Assembly: GCA_037447605.1 (NCBI GenBank)
Contig: CM074822.1
Coordinates: 953,492 to 1,017,491 of the forward strand
Direction of reading: 5' to 3'
Source of the DNA: Zygnema circumcarinatum SAG 698-1b
Lineage: Eukaryota; Plantae; Zygnematophyceae
DNA length: 64,000 bases
Shown here one piece after another: positions 49,301 to 62,006 of the stretch (position 1 is the stretch's first letter; the number at the start of each line of letters is the position of its first letter). Below the pieces are notes generated by a model. That model saw nothing but the letters and a program-made list of their open reading frames with translations. It was not told the DNA's origin and did not search any database. The translations under genes and the position numbers were made by a program.

Positions 49301-51187
49301 ACAGAGCCCCCCTCCCACATGTTGCCCCCCGCTCCCCTCCCCCCCCCTCCCCCCCCCCGAAAATAAGGATTGATAATGCGGAGTGCCGAGACGGCTCAGT
49401 GAAACTTGTTACACTGCATAAACNNNNNNNNNNGAGCGGGGGGGGGGAAGAGAGAGGGGGAGGGAGAGACAGAGAGTGGGAGGGAGAGCGGGGGGGAGAG
49501 AGAGAGAGGGAGAGGGAGAAACAGAGAGTGGGAGAGAGAGCAGGGGGGAGAGAGAGAGAGAGGGAGAGAGAGAGAGAGGGAGAGACCGAGAGTGGGGGAG
49601 AGAGAAAAGCAAACCTAAGGCGAGGAAGCGTTTGAACGTATGAGAGAAGGAGAGAGAAGAAAAGGTGACAGAAGAGAAAATGAGCTGACGGATAGCAAAT
49701 ATAGAGAAAAAAAAAAGGAGAGATGGAGAAAGAAGGAGCGGAAAAACGCAACTATAAAGGTAAAAGAAAGATCAAAAAAGACGAAAACAAGGTTTACAAA
49801 ACAGTTGGCTTGTTCCTCACAAGCTGCACGTTCTGATGGCGTCCCTCACCGCCTGCACGGGGGAGAGGGCGGCAGCCATGCCTGCCGCAGAAGGAAGAGG
49901 GAGGGAGGGCGGGAGGGAGGGAACCAGAGGCCTCCGTGCAGGCGCCTTGCCTGAAACAAGAGCACGTTCAAGACTCCGCCCAATTGGAGATCGCCACGTG
50001 GACACAAGTACCCACGTGACAGCCTGAGATTCGTCGGTTTTTAAGGGTACCGTTGACGGAAGCCGTGTGTTGACTCAACACTGTTGAGTCTGTTGAGTGT
50101 TGACACAGCGGATCGCTCTGGGAAAGTACAAAGGGCGAGGGAGGGCTTCCGTCAGCGGTACCCTACAAGACCGACGAAACTCAGGCTGCCACGTGGGCAC
50201 AAATGCCTACGTGGCGAGCTTCGATTGGGCGGAGACTTGAAAGTGCTCCTGTTGCAGGCAAGGCGCTTGCAGGGAGGCCTCTCTGGCTCCCTCCCTCCCT
50301 CCCGCTTTCTCTCTTCTGCGGCAGCCATGGCTGCCACCCTCTCCCCCGTGCAGGCGGTGAGGGACGCCATAAAAACGTGCAGCTTGTGAGTAACAAGCCA
50401 ACTGTTTTCTGCAACTTTGTTTCGTCTTTTTTGATTTTTTTTTCTCTTTAGTTGCGTTTTTCCGCTTCTTCTTTTTCCATCTCTCCTTCTTTTGTTTTTT
50501 CTCTATTTCTGCTATCCGTCAGATCATTGTCTCTTCTTTCAGCTTTTTTTCTCTTTCCTTCTCCCATACTTTCAAACGCTTTCTCGCCTTAGGTTTGCTT
50601 CTCCCTCTCTCCCTCTCCCTCTCTCTCTCCCTCTCTCCCTCGCTCTTTCTATCTCTCTCTTCCCCCCTCGCTCTCTCTCCCACTCTCTGTCTCTCCCTCT
50701 CTCTCTCTCTCCCCCCCCGCTCTCTCTCCCACTCTGTGTCTCCCTCTCCCTCTCTCTCTTTCCCCTGCTCTCCTTCCCACTCTCTGTCTCTCCCCCCCCT
50801 CTGTCTCTCCCCCCCCCTCTCTCTCTCTCTCGCACAAAGGGCTCGCTATCTATTCTTCCCCGCAACTATTCTACTTCTCTAGCACCCATCGGCTGTTAGC
50901 CCCCCATGGAATGAAGCATTTTATTGAAAGCATGTCAATTTTTTAAAGCGCATTTTGAATCTTGCAAATATCTCGTTGATATCTAGTCGATGTTTCGTTC
51001 TCCCGGACAGATAATTAGGGCTTCATTGTAAAGATGTCTGTCACAATTTAGTTGCCAAATGCGGCACAGAGCCCCCCTCCCACATGTTGCCCCCCGCTCC
51101 CCTCCCCCCCCCTCCCCCCCCCCGAAAATAAGGATTGATAATGCGGAGTGCCGAGACGGCTCAGTGAAACTTGTTACACTGCATAAA
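47669..51187. repeat. Near-identical direct duplication, period 1764 bp, joined at a 10-N gap (~49404-49413); probable assembly overlap
   Basis: Identical ORFs recur at +1764 (47876/49640, 48320/50084). Sequence after the gap restarts at the equivalent of ~47669, and sequence before the gap equals that ending ~51187. Confidence 0.9.
48057..48115 (-). pseudogene. Inverted duplicate of DUF639 exon 1 (MAAALSPVQAVRDAIRTCSL) with intact GT donor
   Basis: 59-nt exon differs from the plus-strand exon 1 at 3 positions; followed by GTGAGG and a copy of the first ~650 bp of intron 1. No recognisable DUF639 exon 2 downstream. Confidence 0.7.
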
Positions 51188-54100
51188 CTTATCAAACGAA
51201 TGAAATATTTTCAATTTGGAAGAATGAGAGTGCAACGATTTTAATTCAACCACTTCACAAATTGGAAACTGTTTCTTGCAAAATGACCAGCTGTCCTGCT
51301 GGAAGTTGAACATATTCTTTCGACAAAGACAATGCATTGCATGTTCTAGCACTGCTTTGCAGGGTTATTGTTCGAAGGACTTGCTGAAAGTGCTGGGGGC
51401 AAAATTTCTTCAACTGCATTGCTTGTGATGAATATTCATTTTTGGTTGAGTACTTGTTCATTTCGAATCATGCATTCATAATGGTCTGCTGTCTTTTTTT
51501 CATTGTGCTTCAATTTGGGTCCCTGCAAAATGAGAGAACAGATATAGTTTTCAATATTCAAGACAACATTCATAGAATATTGTCCATTTAGTACATTAAG
51601 GTTTTAGGTTTAGATGTATGCCTAGTGGTGCCGCAAGAATGCGCAAATGGCATGAACTCAATAAGTGTGAGAGCAAGACATTATGTTTCTCGTTTCATTC
51701 GTGACTTTGCTTGACCAGCAGACCTTCGCAAAGGAACTTTGAAAAAAATTCCGCTTCTGTTTTCCCGTTCTCTGCTTTCCATTTTCCATATGCCGCCCCT
51801 TTCCTTGTACGTCACTTTCTGTGTTCGATACCTGATATAGATCCTTTGAATAATGCAGGTTTGCTAAATCATCTCCTGATGAACTCGAAGAAGATTTCAA
51901 GAGGTTGGCGTCTCCTGCCCTGCAGGAAGGCCCGCTTGCTGCCCAAAGGTTGCTAGAATACTGCGTCTACAGAGCCTTTGTAACACTCGGACCCTCCACC
52001 CTGCAGGCATCCTATAAGGTGAAGCCCTAATCTAGCCTTTACAATGTTCGGAAGATGGGGTTGTGGTGGGCTGAGTTGGGAGGGTGGTCGTTTTGAGCCA
52101 AGGAAGAAGATTCCAGAACTTAGGGAAATAGGGAACTTTAGATGTATTCATTTTGTGGAAAACTAGGTTAGCCGACGTTAACTAGGTTTGCCGTTTGGTC
52201 TGTTAAGCAATACTCGGTTTGAAACGCACATGTATTGACCAGAATTGTGTGACTAGGGATACATCAAAGTGCTCACCATACTCTAACATTTGGAAAATCA
52301 AAATTTGTTGCAGGATCCTTCCTTTAGGAAAACCACCTTCAGCCTCATGCAAGCTTGGATGTTAGCCACGCCTGGATACAAGTTCCAACCTCGCTCCCCA
52401 AAGGTGGATTAGCAATCCTTTCCGAGACAGATGTCACTCTATTTCTGCATGAATTCCTTGGCAGCTATTTCATTATGTACTACACAACCATTTCATCTAG
52501 AAACACCAAAGGGATGGAGGGCTCATCATGCATAATAGGGAGAAAATTTAGCTGTGCTATAACTGACTATCTGGCTGAGTTCCTTCCAACTTGTCCTATC
52601 ATTCTTTCCCTCTGTTGGAATCCCTGATTAATTCTCAGCAATAGTATTTTCTAGGGTAAACCTGCATAAGCATCGGTAACCCATAACAGAACTTAAACAT
52701 GCATCATAACATGTGCAACATGACGTAACATATGCAACATACATATAACATATGTAACATATGCAGGTCCACTGCCGGAATGGGATCTGCAGGACAAATG
52801 GGGCCCTCCTATTCCGCAATCGGCCTTTCTACGAATCGCAGCGGCTGTTGGGAACGCTGTGAATGTAGTGACTGCCTACGCTCTCTTTGATACTCTCACA
52901 GCCTCTAATCCAGATCTCTCATTTGAGACGTGGGATAAGTATCTGCAAGCTTTCTTGAGGTACTGATCTTCAACTTCATGCATACTGTATTTCGATTACA
53001 GTCCGAATAATAGTGAAACAGCAGCACCTATTGGAGGAGCAGGACAAGGTTCGCTGCGTCTAACTTAAACATGTTTCTCCTCCGAACTTGTGTTCTTTGT
53101 TTTTCCCAAATCGAATATAGGGCAAAGCAGCAGATGGAAAAGTCAACATTCAGCAACCAAAAATTACTTGCATTGCAACCTGGGGAGCTCGTGTTGGCTG
53201 AGACTAATGCTTCAATGGTCAAAGCTGCTGATGGAAGCTCAGTACATGGCCTGCTCACTTTGACAAACTGTGGACTCTACTTTCAGGTGAATGAGTAGTC
53301 TTGTGAAAATATTGAAGAAGATGGGCATCAGCATATGTTATCTAGAAAAAGGCGATGAGAGCAGCCTTTGTATGAGTTTAGTGTTCTATTGACAGGGAGG
53401 AGAGAGGAAGCTCATTACTTGCTCAAAAGCTTACTCTCTCCCTCTACTCTGCAGGGTGACTCTAGACGGCTCATGGGTGCCCGTAAACCTGCTCAGCGAT
53501 TTGAGCTTGCAGCCGATATGAAGCAGACAGTCCAATCAGAGAGGGTCGGCCCCCTCGGGACTCGAATCTTTGACCGAGCTCTCACAATCACTTCTGATTC
53601 TGAGTAAATAACCTCCTGTTAAACTATGATGTTAAACTGTGATAAAACTCCCCATTTCTGTTGCCCACATGTTGTAGCACATCAAGATCGTATAGAAGCA
53701 ATTGAACTTTCAAGAATTGTAGGTTTGAGTCTCCTTCGACATTGTTTTGTTCAACATTTCTCAAGTTTCACCTGCTTGGAATTCTGGTTTTGTTCAGGTC
53801 TGAGTCATGGGTGTTGGACTTTTTGGAATACTCGGGCCATCGCCAGCGTGACAGCTGGCAAGCCATGATTGGAGAAGTTTTGGCCATGCATGGGTTCAAT
53901 AGAGAGTATGCTCCCATGGCGGAAGATGAGAGCGAGGGCCTCATAGAAGAGCTGGCAATAAATGGAGCAAAACATGCACAAGCCATGGCTGTGGAGGGGA
54001 TAGCTCAGCTGCAGGTAATATTGCTTTCTAACCAGCATCAGCATCAGCATTATGGCATGTACTTTCAGCGATTTAATTGTTTATTTATAGATTTGATGCT

Positions 54101-54214
54101 GCATCAGCAGTAGGTCATTCTTGTTTATGGCACATGTTGGAGGGCACTTTCCTGAGAGTGAATGGGAGGGAGGGAGAGTTGTTATGACATTGACCTGCCT
54201 CTCTCTCTCCCTCA

Positions 54215-54313
<99 letters not shown>

Positions 54314-57300
54314 TTCTCATTGTATCTCTCTCTCCCTTTCTCGAACGCTTGCTTGCAGGCTGTTCATAGTGTCCTGGGCTCCCCTCCCATGCATTCAGAG
54401 AGGTTGCTTCAATTCCTCTGGGCATCCCAAATTCCTGAAGGACATCTTATAGAGCAAGCATTAGCAGTAGAGCTATGGGGAGAAAGACCAGCCCCCCCAG
54501 GCTTCATGCAAAAGTTATCTTCTGCTTTTCGGAGTTCTCTCAGTACATCAGCAACCGAAACATCCGTAGGGGTAGATCTGAGTGGGGAGAATATAGGGGA
54601 GGTAGAGGATGACGAGGAGGAAGAGGAAGAAGAGGAAGTTTTTAAAGAGGATAATAGCAAAAGAAGTTTAGACGATTCTGGGGGGAATGGAGATCATATT
54701 GGTGGTGATTGGGAGGGTCAGCCGAGAGATCATGATAGTTTAAGAAGTAGAGTTGTAGTATTGGAGGGGTCACATGAAAGGAGTGCTGGTAGACTGCCTG
54801 CAATTGGAAACAACGGAGCTATGTTCCCCAAATCTTGGATGGAATCACCTACATGGAAAACGGAGGAATCACTCTCCTTTTGGCGTGAAAAGAATGATGA
54901 AGGACTTTGGGTCGGTGGTCCTCTTATTGTGGGAGGGGAGACGAGGTTAGAGAAGGCTTTGGCAGCTGGCAGGTAATGCAGAGTCGTCGCCCCCTCCCTC
55001 ACTCTCTTCCCATCCCTCTCTCTCTCTCTTTCTCTCTCCCCCCAGTCAGAACCTCTAAGGGCATTTGAACAAAACTAAGCTTGAAAGTTCATTCCTAAGC
55101 AGTTATTTCCTTTTGGCTTGACGAAGACTGGCTAACTGATGCAAAAGAGCCTTTTCCTCGAGACAATAGTTTCTTACTCTCTCTCTCCCTCTCGCTCTCT
55201 CTTTGCACGTCATAGTCCTCCCTCTTATGTCCGTATGTTTTGTCCTTTGTAATGAGCAGGGCTCAGGAATCGTTGGCTGAGAAAGCGCAGGCGAGCATAG
55301 ATGGAGCATTGATAGATGGCATCCCTAAGAACATTGATCTCCTCAAGGTGAGGATTAGGGTATTCTTTGTCCAATCATAAGTTTTTATTAATAGGTTGTT
55401 CGACAAGTTTTTCATGCATCGCTGCCTTTAGTAGAGATGATATTATAGATGTTTATGACTAACTAACGACTTTGTACCTTCGGAAATTTCATTGCATAGC
55501 CTCGCTTATACCAAGTTGTTTCTGAAGTCCAAGTCAGTCATGTCCATACAGTCAACTTCTATCTCCTATCGAAAGAGATTTTGCTTTATCTGTGCTGTCC
55601 AGGTTTGCCAAGTTATGAAGGTTTAAGTAAACATGTTCACCAATTGCATCACTTGACATACTTTCCCCATGTCATAGCAAAGGATTTGTCTAGTTTGCCT
55701 TAGGATAGGCCTGTTCTGACTTGTCTTTTTCTTTGCAGGAGCTGCTCTTTCCCCTCATCCTCCTCATACGCCTTGTCTTTGTAAAAGCACCTCGCTGGGA
55801 TAATCCTCCCCTTACTATAGCCACAGCTGTTGGCATGCTCTATCTGATTAACAGGTGTGTTAGTAACCCTTTGAGCCCACATGACTCCATGCTTGTGATG
55901 ATTTGGCAAATTGACAAATTTTAAGCCAATTGGCCCCTTATACATACTCTGGAACAATGCCAATAAGAATGTCCTTTCGCCAACGAATAATGCATTTATC
56001 ATATTTAACTGCTTCATACCATTCATACCATTCATACCATCACTCATTGGCTCAGCATGTCCTAGTATTATAATCATATACCATCTGATAGCCAATGTCT
56101 TGCTTGCGGCTGATCTTATGTCTTGCTATGGCAATGCAGTGACTTCCTTTGGATGCTTCCTTCGGTGAGCATTGTTTGCTCTATCCTGGTTATGCTCTTT
56201 CTACGCCTCACAAGAAGAAATGCCAAAAGTGAACCCTTTGTGTTCATCACCAAGAGGTCCGGCAACACTCTCAGTAAAATTGTGAAGCTGAAGCAAGTTC
56301 TGGACACTATCACGGCTATACTTCAAGGACTAAACATTACTCTTCTCAAATGCCGTACGATTCTTTTTTCCGACGTGCCAGAGGTGGGTTACATCCTGGT
56401 TGCAGAGGGAGGGAGGGAGAGAGAGGGGGAGAGGTTGAGGGGTCGTGCAGAGGGAGAGAGGGAGAGAGAGCGAGAGAGCGGTTGAGGGGACGGTGCAGAG
56501 GGGGAGAGAATGGGAGGGGTTGAGGGGTTGGTGCAGAGGGAGAGAGAGAGGGAAAGAGGTTGATGGGTCGGTGCAGAGGGAGGGAGAAAGAGAGAGGATA
56601 GAGGTTAAGGGGTCGATGCAGAGGAAGACAGGGAGAGAGTTCCTTTGCACCATCTTCGACGAAAATAATAGTAATAACAGCACATTGTGTACGTTGTTTT
56701 GCATTGACAGTCAAATTTCCTTCGAACAGTAGGGGGTTTTAGTCTTAGAAAAGTTTAACTTTTGGATTTCGTAACCAGTACACGTTTTATGGTGTCTGAA
56801 ACCCCCTAGTGTAGTCGGAGACAAGAGGGAGAGAGAAAGGAGTGAGAGAGGAAAGGGAGAGGAGACCCTCACTTTTGACTTTCTCCCTTTTGGCTTTTGT
56901 AACAGGCTACTGACAAAGTCATACTTGCCGCCTTAGGCCTTGCATTGGCTCTCTTTGTGCTCGCGTGGTTTCCTTTTCGCCTCTTCTGCACTCTCTATGT
57001 AATTCACCTCTTCAGTCGGAATATGAGCTTCCGAAGAGGAAAGCCCGGTCGACAAACGATCGGTCGGAAACTCAAGCATTGGTGGGCCACTATCCCTGTA
57101 GCCCCAGTTACTATGGTGCAGCTAGAAAAAGAGGTGTGGGAGAAAGAAATAAAGGGGCTACCAGCTGAGGAGTTTCACAAAGAAGCCATCATTCGGCGGT
57201 TGGGTATGGGGGATAAACTTCAGCAAATCGATGAAAATGGGGAGGCTATGGAAGTGTCGGCGGAGATCATAAGGATATCCGATGAAAGTGGGGCTCTCAT

Positions 57301-57397
57301 TGACTTTGGGAAGGATCCGTCTCGTACAGAAGTTGATGGGGAGCGTACAGCGGGCTTGAAGGTTTTGTCCAGATTCATTGAATCTGAACATAGTTGA
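50327..57397 (+). CDS. DUF639 family plant membrane protein (At1g48840/At3g18350-like), ~12 exons; exon 1 50327-50385 (or 48563-48621 if the direct duplication is an artefact), exon 2 from 51859
   Basis: Spliced peptide LSPVQAVRDAIKTCS|LFAKSSPDELEEDFK...QRLLEYCVYRAF, DPSFRKTTFSLMQAW, SAFLRIAAAVG...FETWDKYL, LLTLTNCGLYFQ, VGPLGTRIFDRAL, RDSWQAMIGEVL, IDGIPKNIDLLKELL, RKLKHWWATIPVAPV. These follow DUF639 motif order; phases checked at several junctions. Confidence 0.9.
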
Positions 57398-58878
57398 TTG
57401 AGCGTGTACAAAAGGTGTGCATAGGCAACTTAGGTTTTCGTGTCTGGTTAGCGGGTCCAATGCCATGTCCCTGTAGAGTAATACCCCTCTAAGTTGGCTG
57501 TATTGGTAGGGGGTGAGAGAGAGAGTGAGGGAGAGAGAGAGAGGGATAGAGTGAGGGAGAGAATATGTACTGGCATCGGCTTGATGACCTCTGAAGGGCG
57601 CAAATTAGGGAAGAGCCCTGTGAACCTCCTTACAGAAGTTCCGTACCCTTTCTATTGTTTTCTGCTCGGATGTCTGAAGTTACGGAGGGGATATTTCGTA
57701 CATTTCGGTACCGAGTGACGAGATATGGAGGGGATCAACTGAGGAGGGTACTACTGCTAAAGGTTAGGATAAAAAAACATATGAGAGGGAGGAAGAGATT
57801 GGATGAGAGTTCTGCTGGGATTCTGGACGCTTGAATGTTGCAGGCTCAGTGTAAAGATAGTTTTTAGAAGGGACATACATTTCAGTGCCGGCAGAGGTCT
57901 TCATATGACTTCTGCAACCGAGTCGACCAAAAGTGTCAAGACTCGTTGTGTCATTAGTCCATGACGAGTAACTTGTGTCTCGGTATTCGTTTTATTTATG
58001 ACCAGCAGATACCCTGTACAATGCCTCCCTCGGCCCACATATGACATGGCTGGCAACCCTTCTTTTGTTTTTTCAAAAGTTGTTTGAATATGAATGTACA
58101 ATGTTCGAACGTAAATAAAGTCTTCTGGTTCGTAGAAAACTATGGATCTTTGCTTTTGGATGAACATTTATTGGGAACTAGAGTCAAGCATCGTCCAATG
58201 GTGATCCACAACGCATACACGGCTGTACACGTGGCCAATTGCCATTGGAGGATGCTCAACTCTAAAAAGTTCGAGTTTTCGATCTCGACTCCATATCAGC
58301 AAGGCTTTTGCTACTTGCCATCACTGGATTGTTCCAATTTTATCACATTCTTAAGAAATCTAATCAGATAAGAAATCATTTCTAAGGTAATGACTTGTGT
58401 AGCACAAAGAAAAGAAGAAGCAAAAAAAAAAAAAAAGCCCTTAGTTGAATGCTAAACAAAGGTGACATGCGCCCACTGCTATATTTTCTTTGTTCGTACC
58501 GTACCGTATCGTATCGTACATTACAATGTCGTATCGTTTCGTATCGTATAGTTTCGTCCTCCAGCGATATATGTACAGTACGGATTCCGTCCGTACCAAA
58601 AAGTGCCATACACGAAATGAGTGCGTGGCGGTCACTCTCTCTCTCTCCCTCTCTCTTTCTCTCTCTCTTCTCTCGCTCGCTCTCTTTCTCAATACAAAGT
58701 AGCTCTCCCTCTCAATGTTTCCGATCGCCGCCCTCCTCCCCTCCATCTTCCGAAACCCCTCCCTATATCCCTCTCATTTCCTCTCTTTCTCCCTCAGCGC
58801 TGGACCTTTAGATTGCTCTCCCTCCCTCTCGTTCGGTCATTACCTCTCTTCTCCTCTGAGCCCGGTCTGATAGATTGC

Positions 58879-60671
58879 ATGGCGTCTTCTGCCAGAGCTC
58901 CCTTCTTTAGAGGGGCCAGAGCTTATGTGGCGGAAGGAAAAAATTCTCCCTCTCCTCTATTAATTCGAACTCAGCGCTTTGCCATTGGGGCACCACTTGA
59001 ATGCAGGAAGGCTGGGAGCTTCTCCTCTGTTTTGAGGCCACGTGTCAGTATGAGAGAGCCTCTAAGATCATGTTCTTCTGACAGAGTCTCTAAAACATCT
59101 GAGGTGCATCCTCCGCTTTTCTTCTTGAGGCAAGCAAAAAAACTGAAAAACAAGAGAAAAATATGCATTTCTGGCCTGCTTCTTAATTTTAGGAGTCGCT
59201 AAACTGGAGAGAAAGTAAAGGGATGATGATAAAGACGATGTTTTCTTTCAGTACGAATCTATGTTTAGCTTAATGTAAAGGATAATTTCTTAACCTAGAG
59301 CTTCGCTATTCTGTTTGTGAAGTAGGCCCAAAATTGGAATGCTGAAGATTACCGACAAAACTGCAGCTTTGTGCCTAAATTAGGTCTTCCTGTGCTAGAA
59401 CTTCTCGCGCCTCGTTCCGGTGAGTTTCCCTCATGACATATCTGTACTTAAAGCGAAAAATATGAATCATATCAATGACTTCATGAAGCTTCCATTGCTT
59501 GATATCCAAAATCATTTCAAGTTCTGCTACGGGCCGACATGAGTAGGAGAGCGAGAAGCTCCGAATTGAGTGACAGAGCGATTCTTATATATGGAATCGT
59601 GAATATTTGAGTTGTATAATTAGAGGTTGATGAATAGAGACATGTAGAACTAAAGCCGTCTAACAAATGAGTATCTTCATTTTCCCATAGTCTTTTCTGC
59701 TCCCTAAAATCGAGCCAAAGGGATGAGACCTGCAGGCGAGCTTATCCTCGACCTCGGCTGCGGAGACGGAACTCTCACAAAGCTCGTTGTAGAAGCAGGG
59801 TGTGACGTGACAGCTATCGATTCCTCGGAAGCCATGATTCGCCTTGCTCGTTCAGAGGGTCTCAAAGCTTATCTCATGGATGCCCACCACTTAAGGTGGG
59901 CTGTTCAAACCCTAAATTTCCCTCTATTTCAGATGCGCTTTTCAAGAAATCATTTTGAAAAAAACCCTAAAAACCCTCTCTTCCCTCAGTTATGCAGCGG
60001 AATTCGATGCAGTGTTCACGAATGCGGCGCTGCATTGGATGCGGAGAGACCCTCGAGCAGTTGTGAGAGGAGTTCGGAGAGCTCTGAAACCGGGAGGTCG
60101 GTTTGTGGGAGAGGCAGGAGGGTTTGGAAATGTGGCTGCTATTACGACGGCCCTTTTGGCTGTGCTTAAAGGGAGAGGCATCCATGGGCCCTCCCGCATT
60201 CCGTGGTTCTTTCCAACGGCGGAAGAGTACCGGTTTGTGTGCTCCATCATCAACTTTTTCAACCTCATTTCAGGGTGCCATGTTCTATGCTACAGTGTTA
60301 GGAGTCGTTAGGAAAGCGGAAGCTTGAAAAGCTCAAGATTTTGAATGGTCGTTCTAAGCAAAGTCTATGCTAACTCACATGCATGCATGCATGCCATGCA
60401 TGTGAAAAACAGAGAAATCTTACAAGAAGAGGGCTTCCTTGTGGAGACCATAGAGCTCATCCCTCGCCCTACGGAGCTGCCGGCGGGCATTGCCAACTGG
60501 ATGGAGAATTTCTGCGACTCCTTCTTTGAGGGGATGAGGGAGGGAGAGAGGAGAGCCGCCATGGAGGAGGCGGAGGAGATTCTCCGCCCTTCTCTCTGCG
60601 ACCGGGGGGGGAAGTGGACCGCCGACTATGTCCGCCTACGCTTCAGGGCGGCGCTGGTTGCAAACTTTTAA
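58879..60671 (+). CDS. Class I SAM-dependent methyltransferase, trans-aconitate-methyltransferase-like, with transit-peptide-like N-terminus; 5 exons (~58879-59103, ~59326-59419, ~59735-59895, ~59989-60231, ~60412-60671)
   Basis: QNWNAEDYRQNCSFVPKLG; motif I ILDLGCGDG; IDSSEAMI; FDAVFTNAALHW; ALKPGGRFVGE; PWFFPTAEEY; WTADYVRLRFRA. Confidence 0.92.
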
Positions 60672-60769
60672 CCAAAGTTTAAAACTTGCAAAAACTGGCA
60701 AACTTTGCAATCTGGAAGAACATGCAAAACCAGAAATTGGGGGTTTTTTTTTTTCTTTTTTTAGGGTAA

Positions 60770-60865
60770 TGTTTCAGGGTTAGGGGCAGGGTTCAGGATT
60801 AGGGTGAGGGTAATGCTGTAGGTGTAGGGTTTAGAATTAGGTTAGGGTCAGGGTTAGGGTTAGAA
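60770..60865 (+). repeat. Degenerate telomere-like (T)TAGGG array
   Basis: TTAGGG/TCAGGG/GTAGGG units, e.g. TTAGGTTAGGGTCAGGGTTAGGGTTAG. A similar patch lies at 3420-3460. Confidence 0.6.
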
Positions 60866-62006
60866 ATTTGTGTGAGAAATACATGACATGACAATATATG
60901 ACACCAAATTTCCTTTTGGGTGTGCAGGCTGTTCCATGATTCGCAGTTCCTGTGACATGTCACGTCCTTGTCCACGTGTCATCATCCCATTGTTGGAGAT
61001 TCTAGGTCGGTGGATTATTTGGTACCGTAGGTCGGTGCGCAGCTGCCATAGGTCGGTGGTGCCTGTACTGTAGGTCGTGACAGCGCGTGACGCGAGACGC
61101 AAAAAAATGATAAGGTGCGACGTGACGTGACGAAAGTGACGTGACGTCTGTGACATGACATGACGTGACGTGACGTGACCTTTTCGCACGTGCGAAAAAT
61201 GCGAGGCTGGGTTCGGAAGAGTCACCAGTGACCGGGAGGGACGGCGAAGGGCCCACGAGGGTCCCCTCCGGTCATTTTTGGTCCCTCCAAGACGGCAGGA
61301 CCGGCGCGCAGGGGCTCCGGTTGACGTGACGTGACAGTGTTGTCACTTTCACTTCATACTCGGCCTTGAGTAGATGTATGAGAGAAAGCGAGCCCCTTTT
61401 TGTGCAGTTTTAGAGCTTAGCTTTTGTGCTCACTAGAGCAGGAGGAGGGGGTCAGATTGGGGGTCTGGGAGGGGCTGGGAAAGCAGGCAGAGTTGGGCTC
61501 AGAGAGTCACTTTTCAGCGTGGCATTGCTCTACTTCAAGAGCTTGTAATTGTAATTGTAATTGTTGCTGGCTGAGTTATGAAAGGAGGTTTAGGCCGGTG
61601 GGTTTTTTTTCCTCCTACGTTTTTTCATTTGCTGTGAGATCTTCGACAAGAAAGGTTTCCAGAGAGGCTTCAGTGAATCAGATCTTCACAGAGATGTCAA
61701 AGTATCGATGGAGCTGGCACCTCATCGACGGAGCACCTCTCCCCAAGAGCAATACCACTACCCTTGCCTTTCGCCATGACCTTCCTCCGCTCCCTCTCCT
61801 TCACTCTCACCCTCTCTCTCGTTCTTCCCTTTCGCCATGGCCTTCCTCCGCTCCCTCTCCTTCACTCTCGCCCCCTCTCTCACCCTCTCTCTTATTTTTC
61901 CCTTTCCCGCCACATGCTCTCCGTCCGTCGCCATTTGCTTAGTCGGCGGTCTTCGGGCATTTGAACTGGCAGGTCCCAGCATCAAAGAGTACCTCCTATT
62001 AAACTG

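Noticed and set aside
57901-58371. ORFs between DUF639 and the methyltransferase as a gene or transposase
   Set aside because: No recognisable motif, splice chain or terminal repeats.
61770-61890. Two-copy ~63-bp tandem repeat and overlapping ORFs (61424-61942, 61837-62877)
   Set aside because: Low-complexity duplication with no coding signature; the longer ORF runs through a TIR and a CCCT tract.
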